From: Candidatus Poribacteria bacterium
GTDB taxonomy: Bacteria > Poribacteria > WGA-4E > PCPOR2b
DNA: 64,000 bases
Direction of reading: 5' to 3'
NCBI GenBank assembly: GCA_965215015.1
Contig: OZ244042.1
Span: 3,104,001 to 3,168,000 of the forward strand
The translations under genes were made by a program, and so were the position numbers. Below the pieces are notes generated by a model. That model had not been told where the DNA came from, did no database searches, and was given only the letters and a program-made list of their open reading frames with translations. This document shows positions 27,429-37,276 of the stretch, piece after piece; position 1 is the stretch's first letter, and every line of letters starts with the position of its first letter.

Positions 27429-28457
27429 TCACGGCGTTAGCACCACTTTCCCGACTGACTGCCGTTCCTCGATTAGGCTGTGTGCCTCAGAGGCCTCCGC
27501 GAAAGGGTATACATGCCATACCACGGGCTTGAGTTTGCCAGTTTGGGCAAGGGCAATCAGTTCCTCCATAATTTCAGGGGCGCGAGATTGGGCATTGCTG
27601 ACACCACCCCAGCCAATTAGTTTCAGATTCTTCATCCAAAAGGGCCAGAAATCAATCTGCCCCATCCCCGTGAAAGAGTTTGACCCGAAACTCACCATGC
27701 GCCCACCTTCCGCCATACAATCGAGATTTCGTGTGAAGACCTCACCGCCAATTGACTCCCATACGACATCGACACCGCGTCCATCGGTGGCGTTTAACGC
27801 CGCCGCCACGAAATCATCAGTTCGATAGTTTATCACCACATCGGCACCAAGCTCCCGAACCAATTGAAGTTTCGCTTCGCTGCCTGCTGTTGCGAGTACC
27901 TGGGCACCAAAGTATTTGGCAAGTTGAACGGCAAGGACACCCGTACCGCCCGCAGCAGCGTGGATCAGGATAGTCTCTCCCGCCTGCAAGCCCGCGGCGA
28001 TTTTCAATGTATGATACGCGACGGGGGCGTAGTCAAAGGCCGCTGCCTGCTCCGGCGTGAATGACGATGGATAAGCTGTCGGGGTGGGTCTTCCATCCGG
28101 GCGGGGTTGTAAACTTTGTGCATCAACAACACCGTACTCAACGTATGACCCTGGTCGTAGTCCACCAATTAGATGGCGTGTTCCGATTTCAACCGATTCG
28201 GCGTTGGGTCCGAGTGCCACCACTTCTACGCACGCCATGCCGCCGGGGATGTGCGGCGGATCTTTGATGCCGTAGCGCACTTCTTGCGGCGATCCGATTC
28301 GACCGCTGCCGCCGTGTCGTATGTGGAGTTGGATGTAATCGATGGCAACGGCGAGCACCTTGACGAGCACCTCGCCTTCTGTAGGTTCAGGTGTCGGCAT
28401 CTCTTCGTAGCGCAGCACCTCTGGTCCCCCAAATTCGTAGTATACGGAGGCCTTCAT
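27429..28457 (-). CDS. Quinone oxidoreductase-like MDR protein
   Basis: 'MKASVYYEFGGPEVL', 'IHAAAGGTG' and 'GKVVL'. Confidence 0.9.
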   Translation of the reverse strand: MKASVYYEFGGPEVLRYEEMPTPEPTEGEVLVKVLAVAIDYIQLHIRHGGSGRIGSPQEVRYGIKDPPHIPGGMACVEVVALGPNAESVEIGTRHLIGGLRPGSYVEYGVVDAQSLQPRPDGRPTPTAYPSSFTPEQAAAFDYAPVAYHTLKIAAGLQAGETILIHAAAGGTGVLAVQLAKYFGAQVLATAGSEAKLQLVRELGADVVINYRTDDFVAAALNATDGRGVDVVWESIGGEVFTRNLDCMAEGGRMVSFGSNSFTGMGQIDFWPFWMKNLKLIGWGGVSNAQSRAPEIMEELIALAQTGKLKPVVWHVYPFAEASEAHSLIEERQSVGKVVLTP

Positions 28458-28626
28458 TATTGAGGGAATCTGGATTTGAGGGGTGTTTTTATGGTGCATA
28501 GGTGATGTCACCTCTGTATATCTAGGATTGAGTCTGCTGCCTATATTTAAGTCGAAACCTTCAATAGCACACACACTTCAGTGTAACACCAAGTCGAGAG
28601 GAAATCAAGAGTTAGTTTGGACTGAA

Positions 28627-28918
28627 TAGGGGAATTGCATCTATCATGGAAATTAGATAATTGAGCAATCAGAACCTTGAATCAACCTCCGTCGTACGTC
28701 GGTTTGCTAACTCTGATTTCACCAAGGGCAGGTTGCAGCGCAGCGGAAATCCCGATCCATCGGGACTCTGTGGGCGATCGCAGGTTGGAAACCTGTGTCT
28801 ACGATTAGATTTCTATTGTCATATGTCAAAATCATATTCATACGCAGTAGAAAATAAGACATGATTTTCGCCATCAAAGTGCATAAGTCCTACACACCAT
28901 TTACATGTAATTGCCCTA
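28627..28918. mobile_element. MITE family B, copy 1
   Basis: Ends TAGGGGAATTGCAT...ATGTAATTGCCCTA. Homologous to 49953-50408. Confidence 0.75.
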
Positions 28919-28963
28919 TGGGCTGCAGGGATTGTGCAAATTTGGCGATGAATCGTCATCACC

Positions 28964-30358
28964 CTAGATTTCTTTGAATCCGAAATGTACATCCTGTTGT
29001 CGTCTTAGCGACCATAGCAGCGAATCTGATGGCGAATTAACCATTTCTCGAGTAATCATCGTTTCGGCTGCTACATCTATGGACAAACGATTACCATCTA
29101 AAAGATGGAAAGGCAGTGGATTATCACCAGCGATGGGAGATGCAGGTAGAATAGCTGCATCAATATCAGACTTATGGTCGCCATCCATGATTGTGCCAGC
29201 CTTGAGTTCACGGTTTGATTTTGCAATGAGGTCTACATGGGGCTGGACTGTGTCGGCACCGGTGGGAACATTCAGCAGCGCAGCGGAGAGGATGGAAATC
29301 GGGGTTTCCACACCACAGAGGTGATAAGGACGATAAATCACGGCTGTTGAGCCACGACTGTTAGGAATCAATCCTTTGGTCGTTAGAATCATGCGAGAGT
29401 AGTCGTTTTCACAAGAAACTACAATGAACACTCCACCTCCCAAGCCGGCCTCGTCAGTTTTCCTCAAACAGGAAACCATTTCGATAGCACTTTTTGTTTT
29501 TAGAATGCCGCCCTCTTCTACCGGACAGAGCACCTCTGGAATCTCACTGATCCGAACAACAGGCAGGTGCAATTCAGGAATATCGGGCATTAGCCCCGTG
29601 GCATTTGCAGCAATCGTCATTTCTCCTAAATCTGAGTTAGAGGTTTGGGGGAGGGCGGCTAAAATCTCACGGCGGGCAGGGATGTATCGGTTAGCCTCTC
29701 CATCAGGAATACGATCCAGCACCCATACCTCTGATTCATTTACGGTGACAGTAGAACGCCCACAGGATACTGTCTGCGCTTCGGGAGCATAGATACATTC
29801 GGCGTTACGCGCCTTGCCGCCGCAGAGCACCTCTAATCCCAAACTCCGCGCCCACAAAACCAAGCCAATTAACAGACCGTGTTGATCGCCATCCACAGGG
29901 GTGTAGACAACCCCGGCTTTGTCCGCCAAGTGCTTAAGAATTGGTCCGATAACGGCATCTGTCTCTTTGTTAATCATGGCAACATGCTTGCCGTGTTGGA
30001 TGGCTTCATAAGCATGATAGGCACCTGCCTCCGGGACACCTGTGGATTCAACAACGACATCTATCGGTATATCCATCAGAAGCATGGGATCCTCCACAAT
30101 CACAAATTTCCCGGATTCTACGGCGCGCATTGTATCTGCACGGCTGTCACACAGAGCAATATCATCATCGGTAATACCAGCCTGCTGATAGGCGAGCCGC
30201 GCGGCTTGCGGATTGACATCCGCAATGATCGGAATTTCCAGCAGCGGAATATAACGCGCTTGGGTGATAACCGCTGTTCCATATTGTCCGCTGCCAATCA
30301 ATCCGGCACGGACAACTCCCTTTTCTTTAGCGTGGTCAAACAGGTGGTGGTAGATCAT
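28964..30358 (-). CDS. Homoserine dehydrogenase-like NAD(P) oxidoreductase with SAF domain
   Basis: 'AGLIGSGQYG', 'NKETDAVIGP', 'GDQ', 'RPYHL' and C-terminal SAF 'KAGTIMDG'. Confidence 0.85.
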   Translation of the reverse strand: MIYHHLFDHAKEKGVVRAGLIGSGQYGTAVITQARYIPLLEIPIIADVNPQAARLAYQQAGITDDDIALCDSRADTMRAVESGKFVIVEDPMLLMDIPIDVVVESTGVPEAGAYHAYEAIQHGKHVAMINKETDAVIGPILKHLADKAGVVYTPVDGDQHGLLIGLVLWARSLGLEVLCGGKARNAECIYAPEAQTVSCGRSTVTVNESEVWVLDRIPDGEANRYIPARREILAALPQTSNSDLGEMTIAANATGLMPDIPELHLPVVRISEIPEVLCPVEEGGILKTKSAIEMVSCLRKTDEAGLGGGVFIVVSCENDYSRMILTTKGLIPNSRGSTAVIYRPYHLCGVETPISILSAALLNVPTGADTVQPHVDLIAKSNRELKAGTIMDGDHKSDIDAAILPASPIAGDNPLPFHLLDGNRLSIDVAAETMITREMVNSPSDSLLWSLRRQQDVHFGFKEI

Positions 30359-30373
30359 ATTTAGACTCTCAGA

Positions 30374-31471
30374 TTAAAACGTCAGTCCGACACGAATTGC
30401 TCCGCCATCTTCGGCAAAGGCAAACGCCTCGTTAATCTGATCGAAAGCGAAGGTATGCGAGATAATTTTGTGGAACGGATACTTATCCTGCGTCCTTTTC
30501 AAAAAATCCAGTGCCCGGGCGATAACCCAACCTTCATAAACGATTACTCCTCGAATCGTCCTGCTACATCGCACAATACTGCCCGGATCGATTTCAGTGG
30601 GCATACCGAGATTGATGTTCCCGATCCAGAGGTAGCGCCCGCCCCAACGGAGCATCTCAACCCCTTCGGACAGGACGCGCGGCGAACCGACAAATTCGGC
30701 GACTAAGTCTGCCCCAACCCCTCGCGTGTGGTCAAGTACATATTCAACGCGGTCTGTTACGGAGAGCTCATCAACATTGATGAGGTGGTCAGCACCAAAT
30801 TCGCGGGCGAGATTCAGCCGCATCGGCAACCGATCCAAGACAATGACCTGTCCCGCACCCATCTCCTTCGCCACAGCTGTCGCATAAAGCCCAAGTCCAC
30901 CGGCTCCTTGAATCACAACCGTATCGCCGAGAGTAACACCGATTTGGTTAAGTCCATAGATGACCTCTGACAATGCACAGTTGACCGGTGAAACGAGCGG
31001 ATCAGGCAGTTCATCGGGAACCTTGAAAATCCAGTGTCCCGGTTTCATGTAGTAATATTCGCTGTACGCTCCGTGAAAATGCGGCGGTTCATCGCTTGGC
31101 ACACCGAGCCAATCGCGATAACGGTTCGGACACCCCGGCTTACCATTGAGGCATGTCCAACAGTGGTTGCACGGCTTGAAGTAGGAGTAGGTAATGCGAT
31201 CCCCCTCTGACAGCGGCTGTCCCATACTATCGGTCTGGATATTCTTGCCTAGTTCTTCGATGGTGCCGATCATTTCATGTCCCAACACTTGCGGGATTCC
31301 GCTAGTAATTTTGGGGCCGTGTCCCCGCCAAAAGTGCAGGTCTGATCCGCAGATATTCGCCATGCTCATTTTGACCAAGAGATCATTCGGTTCTGTTGAT
31401 GGCACGGGATACTCACGGAACTCCATCGGTGCTTCTGGTTGTGTAAAAATAGCGACTTGTCCTGTCTTCAT
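30374..31471 (-). CDS. Zinc-dependent alcohol dehydrogenase family
   Basis: 'ICGSDLH', 'LGHE', CxxCxxC and 'GAGGLG'. Confidence 0.92.
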   Translation of the reverse strand: MKTGQVAIFTQPEAPMEFREYPVPSTEPNDLLVKMSMANICGSDLHFWRGHGPKITSGIPQVLGHEMIGTIEELGKNIQTDSMGQPLSEGDRITYSYFKPCNHCWTCLNGKPGCPNRYRDWLGVPSDEPPHFHGAYSEYYYMKPGHWIFKVPDELPDPLVSPVNCALSEVIYGLNQIGVTLGDTVVIQGAGGLGLYATAVAKEMGAGQVIVLDRLPMRLNLAREFGADHLINVDELSVTDRVEYVLDHTRGVGADLVAEFVGSPRVLSEGVEMLRWGGRYLWIGNINLGMPTEIDPGSIVRCSRTIRGVIVYEGWVIARALDFLKRTQDKYPFHKIISHTFAFDQINEAFAFAEDGGAIRVGLTF

Positions 31472-31607
31472 TGCGATACCCTCCTCACCCCTCGCCTATT
31501 AACCAAATGGTGCTTAGTTTGCAACTGTTGATACACTCTCCAGTCAAGGACCGAGAGTGAGTGGAAAGGGCAGCCTCGCCACCTCACACCAAAGGTTATT
31601 ATCCATC

Positions 31608-32684
31608 TTATGCTGATGCGACGGTTAATTCGTTCAGTTTATCCGGATCCAGCTCAACACCTAACCCCGGCCCTTCGGGTGGATAGAGGTTGCTGGCCTC
31701 CGCCCGGATGCGCTCTCGCGCTGGTGATGCCATATAGAGTACTGGCCCCATCGGATCACAAGGTAGGGTGAGGTTCGGCATCGAAACCCCTACTTGGATC
31801 TGTGCGGATGTTCCAAGCGTTGATTCCTGATCTGTACCAATCAAACATCTGAGTCCCGCTGCCTCTGCTAAGGCAAACAGACGACGGATATGGGTGGGAC
31901 CTCCTGACACACATGCTACATTGAAGACCGTGCAAGCACCGCGCTCGGCTGCTTCGTAACCAAGGGCCAAGTCATTGATATGTAAGCTCACCGGCAAGTC
32001 CATCCGTTTGGTAAATTCCGCACATACCCGTAGGTTGCGCGAGGGCTGCTCAAAATGGTACGGTGCGTGATGCCGGAGGACATCGGCATAGCGTAGGGCG
32101 GTCTCCCAGTCGTTGAAGCGACCCGAAAAATCGAGTTGTTTGAGCCGAATCTGATCGCCGTATCTCGCCTTCATCTCTGTCAGGAATCGGTCATCCAGCG
32201 CGCTGTCGCCTGACACATAGTAACGGAAGAGATGATGTCCCAAGTCAACTAGCCGTTGCAGATAGCCTGCGGTTTTTTCAAAGTCCTCTTGCACCTGTGT
32301 CCCCCAAGTTGGATAACAGCAATAGACACTATCACGCACCTTGCCACCCAACATTTGGTAAAGGGGCACCCCCTGTACCTTGCCGTTGAGGTCGTAAAGT
32401 GCCAAGTCGATAGCAGAAGCGAGGTGTAGATTGGTGACTGTGCTGCCAAAATCCTGCGTCCGTAGGAACTCGTTGATCTCTGTGATGCGGGTAGCATCCT
32501 GTCCCACAAGTAATTCGTTGTAGCGTTTGGCTATCGCGCCCAAATCGTCGGCTCTGCTGTCCGAGGCTTCCCCCAGTCCTACGGGTCCGTCGTCCACATG
32601 CACCTTGACAATAACATGCCCCGATATCTGACCGTAATAACGTGGTGTTTCGATTTGGAATGTCTCAATCTTTGTTATTTTCAT
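31608..32684 (-). CDS. Mandelate racemase/muconate lactonizing enzyme family
   Basis: 'MKITKIETF', 'SAIDLALYDLNGK..GVPLYQMLGG', 'FEQP' and 'GPGLGVELD'. Confidence 0.9.
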   Translation of the reverse strand: MKITKIETFQIETPRYYGQISGHVIVKVHVDDGPVGLGEASDSRADDLGAIAKRYNELLVGQDATRITEINEFLRTQDFGSTVTNLHLASAIDLALYDLNGKVQGVPLYQMLGGKVRDSVYCCYPTWGTQVQEDFEKTAGYLQRLVDLGHHLFRYYVSGDSALDDRFLTEMKARYGDQIRLKQLDFSGRFNDWETALRYADVLRHHAPYHFEQPSRNLRVCAEFTKRMDLPVSLHINDLALGYEAAERGACTVFNVACVSGGPTHIRRLFALAEAAGLRCLIGTDQESTLGTSAQIQVGVSMPNLTLPCDPMGPVLYMASPARERIRAEASNLYPPEGPGLGVELDPDKLNELTVASA

Positions 32685-32824
32685 CCTTTTGTCCTTTCTG
32701 TCGGGAGCACTCCCAGAAACTCGAACGGAAATTTTGCCCTTTTGCCAGCCATTATTGTGACACAAATTATAATAGCCGGAAGCAGGAACGGCATCGTTGG
32801 GTGCCAACACGCCTCTGTATCAAT

Positions 32825-32930
32825 CGTAGGGGCGAGGTAGCCTCACCCGACGGGCTAGGGAACCCAACCTCTACGGATTTTTTAACAGTTCATTGGTGTT
32901 GGGTTTCACCGCCCGTTCAACCCAACCTAC
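32825..32930. repeat. Cluster of GTAG/CTAC REP-like palindromes
   Basis: CGTAGGGGCGAGG...CCTCTACG followed by GTTGGGTTTCA..GTTCAACCCAACCTAC. The latter recurs at 53076-53108 and 54051-54082. Confidence 0.7.
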
Positions 32931-33209
32931 GAAAATTCCCCAAATTACAACACAAAATGAAGCGTGAACAGTTTCGGAGGGTACGCCTTCCAACGCATAT
33001 TTTGGGCAGGAGGGAAGGCTAATCCTTGACTATTGCGTCGGTTGCTGACGTCCCGATAAATCGGGATTTCACCGATGCTCAACTTGCAATTAATCAACCA
33101 GCAACTTGTGTTATTATAACCGACATGGTGCAGTTGTGCAAAGCGAAAAAATAAAGAGATTAGAAATATAGATCTGTCCTTAACTAGTTGGGAAAACCAA
33201 ATTGCTGTC

Positions 33210-33238
33210 TTGATTTTATTGTAACTGTCGACTATAAT
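33210..33238 (+). promoter_or_regulatory. Sigma70-type promoter
   Basis: TTGATT-17 nt-TATAAT, about 36 nt before the ATG. Confidence 0.6.
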
Positions 33239-33274
33239 GCAGATATATTGACTTTATATTTTTGTAAGGAGAAG

Positions 33275-34159
33275 ATGATGGAAAAATTCGCACCGCTGAA
33301 TCTGACACGAGCTGAATTGGTTGAATATACCCGTGAGTGGCAAGGGGAACGATTTCCCGAAGGTCGTCCGAAGGTTTCAGATGATATCATCGAACGGATG
33401 AAAAGTGTATCGGTGACCCAAGCGTGGGGCACACTGCGAGGTAACGGTTATCAGTGGCAGTATGAAGGCAATTGGAAATGTACGCACCCAGACAGCGTGC
33501 TGGTTGGCAGGGCGTTGACAGCGGTCTACATGCCTCGACGCCCGGCGGTACGAACGTTAATGGAGGAAAAGGGGGAGCGATGTGGCTGTGTAGGGGACCA
33601 AATCTCTTGGCCCATCGACATGTTGGTTCAGGGGGATGTCTATGTCGCCGACGTTTTCGGTAAGGTCGAGGAAGGACCTGTCATAGGTGATAATCTTGCA
33701 GCTGCGATTTACTCGAAATCTGAAAATGGTGTCGTCCACGATGCTAGCGTACGGGACTTGGACGGCATCAAGGAAATATCCGGTTTTACCAGCTTCGTCA
33801 GGGGATGGAGTCCAACCTACGCTTCACCGACGATTATGCTGATGGGGGTTAATACGCCTATACGCATCGGTCAGGCAACAGTCATGCCGGGAGATGTCGT
33901 CCTCGGCAAAGAAGATGGCGTTATTTTTATTCCACCCCACCTTGCCGAGACGGTTGTGAAAACCTCTGAGCTTGTTCGTCTGAGAGATCAGTTCGGGAAA
34001 ACCCGTTTGAGCGGAGGCAAATACACGCCGGGTCAGATCGATGCACGATGGACGGACGACATCGAAAAAGATTTCTCTAGCTGGCTGGAAAACTATATCG
34101 ATGATCTCCCTGTGCCGAGAGATGCCATTGAGGAACTACTGAAGGAACGCACCTGGTAA
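33275..34159 (+). CDS. RraA / HMG aldolase-like family protein
   Basis: 'GRPKVSD', 'IGDNLA', 'VRDLDGI' and 'VMPGDVVLG..DGVIFIP'. Confidence 0.88.
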   Translation: MMEKFAPLNLTRAELVEYTREWQGERFPEGRPKVSDDIIERMKSVSVTQAWGTLRGNGYQWQYEGNWKCTHPDSVLVGRALTAVYMPRRPAVRTLMEEKGERCGCVGDQISWPIDMLVQGDVYVADVFGKVEEGPVIGDNLAAAIYSKSENGVVHDASVRDLDGIKEISGFTSFVRGWSPTYASPTIMLMGVNTPIRIGQATVMPGDVVLGKEDGVIFIPPHLAETVVKTSELVRLRDQFGKTRLSGGKYTPGQIDARWTDDIEKDFSSWLENYIDDLPVPRDAIEELLKERTW

Positions 34160-34217
34160 GCTGGTTATAAAGTGGATCATCGGTAATTTCGACGTATCTG
34201 ATAGTGGCTAATACGCC

Positions 34218-35333
34218 TTAAAAATCGCCGTTATGTTTTGATGCATCCCGGAAAGCGGAGATAGATTCTCGGATGTGCATGCTATCGGGATCGCGGCTCA
34301 GGCGAGAATCGGTGAGGAGCGTTAAAGCGCGTTGAAATCTTGCTTTTGGGTCACCCCATGCCTGTAAGGTAGATTTGCTTTCCACTGACTCCGGTTGTGC
34401 TGTCGATTGAAGGAGTCGATAGATAGCCGATAGGTAAAAAAGCAGTTGATGGTAATCCACCTGTGCAGCAGTCTCCGTTCCCGAGCAACCCTCCCAATCT
34501 TTGGTAATTTGTCTGACGTATTCCTTGACAATCTCCTGTCCCAATAAACTGACAAAATTCCCGCTCGCTCGATTTGCCCCCAAGCTATTGAGTGATTGCA
34601 CTAAACGCCGCTCGCCCCAATCCCAACCGATGCTCCCAAAATCAATGAAGGTCGGTGTTTCTCCATCAACCACGATGTTCCGTGCGTTATAGTCTAAGGC
34701 CCCCAAGGTTAGCGTTGCTCGATGCAAGCGATTGGACAGACGACTCCAAATTGTATCAAGCTTTGCTGCTTGATCCGAGGACATTGGACCTCCCTTCATC
34801 CACGCCAAATAGTCGAGGGTTTTTCTTCCTCGATCCAATAACGTCTGCATCGTATCATGTAAAAACGCTGAATAATCAAGTGGATATATGTAGGGTTTGA
34901 GGGTGTGAGCAGATTTGGCGAATCCCCTCCCCAGTTGGCAGAACGCTCGGACGGTGTTCTGCAAGGTCTGTTTTAGCTCATCAATTGGCGTTTCTTGCGC
35001 GAGGTCATCGAGTGTCGTATCTCCACACCATTCCATCAGCAAACATCCCGCTGATTCTGAACTCCAGTAAAGCTTAGGCACGCGGCATCCCGCCTGATGT
35101 AACCTCAAAAGGACTGCGGATTCGATCTGAAATGGCGTAAAGGTGGATTCACTAACCGGTTGGGTTATCAGATGTTGCTTCAGAAGGAAGGAACGCCCCA
35201 TCGCCCTTAGCTGCCAGACATTATTTCTTTCGAGCGTACCGTGTCGAATTGGAACGCATTCTATCTGATCCGGTGAAACATGGAGGTATGTGGCAATCTG
35301 TTTGATTACTTGCGGGAAATCTGGCTGGTTCAT
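34218..35333 (-). CDS. Aminoglycoside/choline kinase-like phosphotransferase
   Basis: 'FLLKQ', 'DYNARNIVV' and 'FIDFG'. Confidence 0.75.
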   Translation of the reverse strand: MNQPDFPQVIKQIATYLHVSPDQIECVPIRHGTLERNNVWQLRAMGRSFLLKQHLITQPVSESTFTPFQIESAVLLRLHQAGCRVPKLYWSSESAGCLLMEWCGDTTLDDLAQETPIDELKQTLQNTVRAFCQLGRGFAKSAHTLKPYIYPLDYSAFLHDTMQTLLDRGRKTLDYLAWMKGGPMSSDQAAKLDTIWSRLSNRLHRATLTLGALDYNARNIVVDGETPTFIDFGSIGWDWGERRLVQSLNSLGANRASGNFVSLLGQEIVKEYVRQITKDWEGCSGTETAAQVDYHQLLFYLSAIYRLLQSTAQPESVESKSTLQAWGDPKARFQRALTLLTDSRLSRDPDSMHIRESISAFRDASKHNGDF

Positions 35334-35383
35334 GCCGAGGTTAAACTAATACACTTTATCTTAATCATTATACTACGCATACA

Positions 35384-35434
35384 TAACGAGTCATGCGTAA
35401 TACCTAAAGCAAGGCCTCCACGCATGACTCGTTA
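35384..35434. repeat. Perfect 15-bp inverted repeat (hairpin)
   Basis: TAACGAGTCATGCGT-21 nt-ACGCATGACTCGTTA. Confidence 0.8.
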
Positions 35435-35506
35435 CTCATTATTTTTTTTGCTCCCTCAATAGGCTTGAGGTTCAAAGCAATCTACATTAAATCAGACTGT
35501 AATGAC

Positions 35507-37087
35507 TTATTGCTTACGTTTAGCGAACTCAATCAGGGAGGGTCTGTCTAGCGTCAAGGCCTTATCAACTGTCGGCTTAAAATCAGCCTTATCTTCGACG
35601 CAAAAACCGGCTACACCGAACGATTCTGCAAATTTGACGAAATTAGGATTGACCACATCAACGCCCAACGATGCCCCAAACCGCCCTACTTGAGTCCGTT
35701 CAATCGAACTGAAGGTGTTGTCATTCATGACGATTGTGACGATTGGCAGATTATACTTCACAGCCGTTGCCAGTTCCGGGCTGTTCATCAGGAAACCACC
35801 ATCGCCACAAAGGGCAACCACCTTACGGTCTGGATGGGCGACCTGTGCACCAATTGCCCCCGGCAACCCAATTCCCATCGCAACGGAAATCCCGGAGAAG
35901 ATGTACATGCCCGGACCGTAAACAGTAAAATCTTGGAGAGCGGCATATCCAGTGATATTGACATCAACGCTCAAGATGGAATCGAGAGGCATCGCAGCAC
36001 GAAGTTGTTCAATAATAGGTGAACGTTCCGCATAAGCCGCCTGCCTATGCAATTCGCGTAATCGCTCACCCCAACCGTGCGTCCGTTCCTTGAGTTCGGC
36101 ATTCAATTGCTGCAAAACCACCTTTGGATTCGCACCAATTCCGACAGAGGCGGGGTAGTCCCGATTAATCTCTGTGGGGTCCGCGTCAATGTGGAGCAGC
36201 GGTTGATTGATCTCCAGTGACCAGTTACCTGTGTCGCGATAGGTGAAGCGCGTACCGATGGCAATCAGCAGATCAGATTCCTTTAGTGCCGCATGTGTGG
36301 TGGGATTGTTGAAAACGCGCAGCGAGTAGGGAGAATCCTCCGGGATTGCGCCTTTGCCTTTCGCGCTCGTTGCGACAGGTGCGTTGAGCAACCTCGCAAA
36401 CTCAAGTAGCTCTTCCGTCGCTCGTGTGTGGCAGATTCCGCCGCCCGCAAAAATGAATGGACGCTCCGCTTTCTCGATTAGGTGAATGGCATCATCAATC
36501 TCCTCTGGACTTGCCCCCGGGCGCAATCCGCTATTTCTCGGTGGAACGAACATAGTCTGAGTATCAGAGTCGTCTGTCTCCGCATGCAACGCATCAGTGG
36601 CGAGCTCGATTAACACCGGCCGAGGTCGTCCTGAACGTAACGCTCCAAAGGCTCGGTTGACGGCACCGGGGATTTCTTGAATGCGATGAACGAGCTCTAT
36701 GTGCTTCGTCATTGAAGCAAATGCAGCCTTCTGATCCAAGCCGTGAAACATCTTTCCTGGATCTCTTTTGACAAGATAAGAGGGATTCTGTCCGGTGACC
36801 AACAGTAGCGGTGAGCAAGCTGTGTATGCCTCACCAATCCCGATTGCAGCGTTGGCTGCTCCCGGTCCTGGCACGGTCATACATACACCGACTTCGCCCG
36901 TCGTCCGAGCATATCCATCTGCCATGAATGCACAGCCACCCTCATGGCGGCCCACATAGTGGCGAATTGTACCGCGATTCTTGTAGAGCGATTCATAAAC
37001 AGGGTCTAAGTGCCCGCCCGGTATACCAAAAATATCCCTAACGCCTTGTGCTTTCAGACATTCGACAAACAGTTCTCCACCTGTCAT
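35507..37087 (-). CDS. Thiamine pyrophosphate-binding enzyme (acetolactate synthase-like)
   Basis: 'FGIPG', 'RHE..AFMADGYAR' and 'GDGGF...NDN'. Confidence 0.92.
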   Translation of the reverse strand: MTGGELFVECLKAQGVRDIFGIPGGHLDPVYESLYKNRGTIRHYVGRHEGGCAFMADGYARTTGEVGVCMTVPGPGAANAAIGIGEAYTACSPLLLVTGQNPSYLVKRDPGKMFHGLDQKAAFASMTKHIELVHRIQEIPGAVNRAFGALRSGRPRPVLIELATDALHAETDDSDTQTMFVPPRNSGLRPGASPEEIDDAIHLIEKAERPFIFAGGGICHTRATEELLEFARLLNAPVATSAKGKGAIPEDSPYSLRVFNNPTTHAALKESDLLIAIGTRFTYRDTGNWSLEINQPLLHIDADPTEINRDYPASVGIGANPKVVLQQLNAELKERTHGWGERLRELHRQAAYAERSPIIEQLRAAMPLDSILSVDVNITGYAALQDFTVYGPGMYIFSGISVAMGIGLPGAIGAQVAHPDRKVVALCGDGGFLMNSPELATAVKYNLPIVTIVMNDNTFSSIERTQVGRFGASLGVDVVNPNFVKFAESFGVAGFCVEDKADFKPTVDKALTLDRPSLIEFAKRKQ

Positions 37088-37276
37088 TAATGTACTCCTT
37101 TGGATTGATTATTTTAACTCAAGTTGCTATTTGTCGCCCTATCCCGATAAGATCGGGACAGAGGCTACGTCATACGGAGTATGCCTACTACTTTGTGGTC
37201 ACTTATGTAGAATACCACTACACAGATTAAAACACAAGTGCAAAACGTTGGTTGAGGTATGGTCCACTCAGATTCA

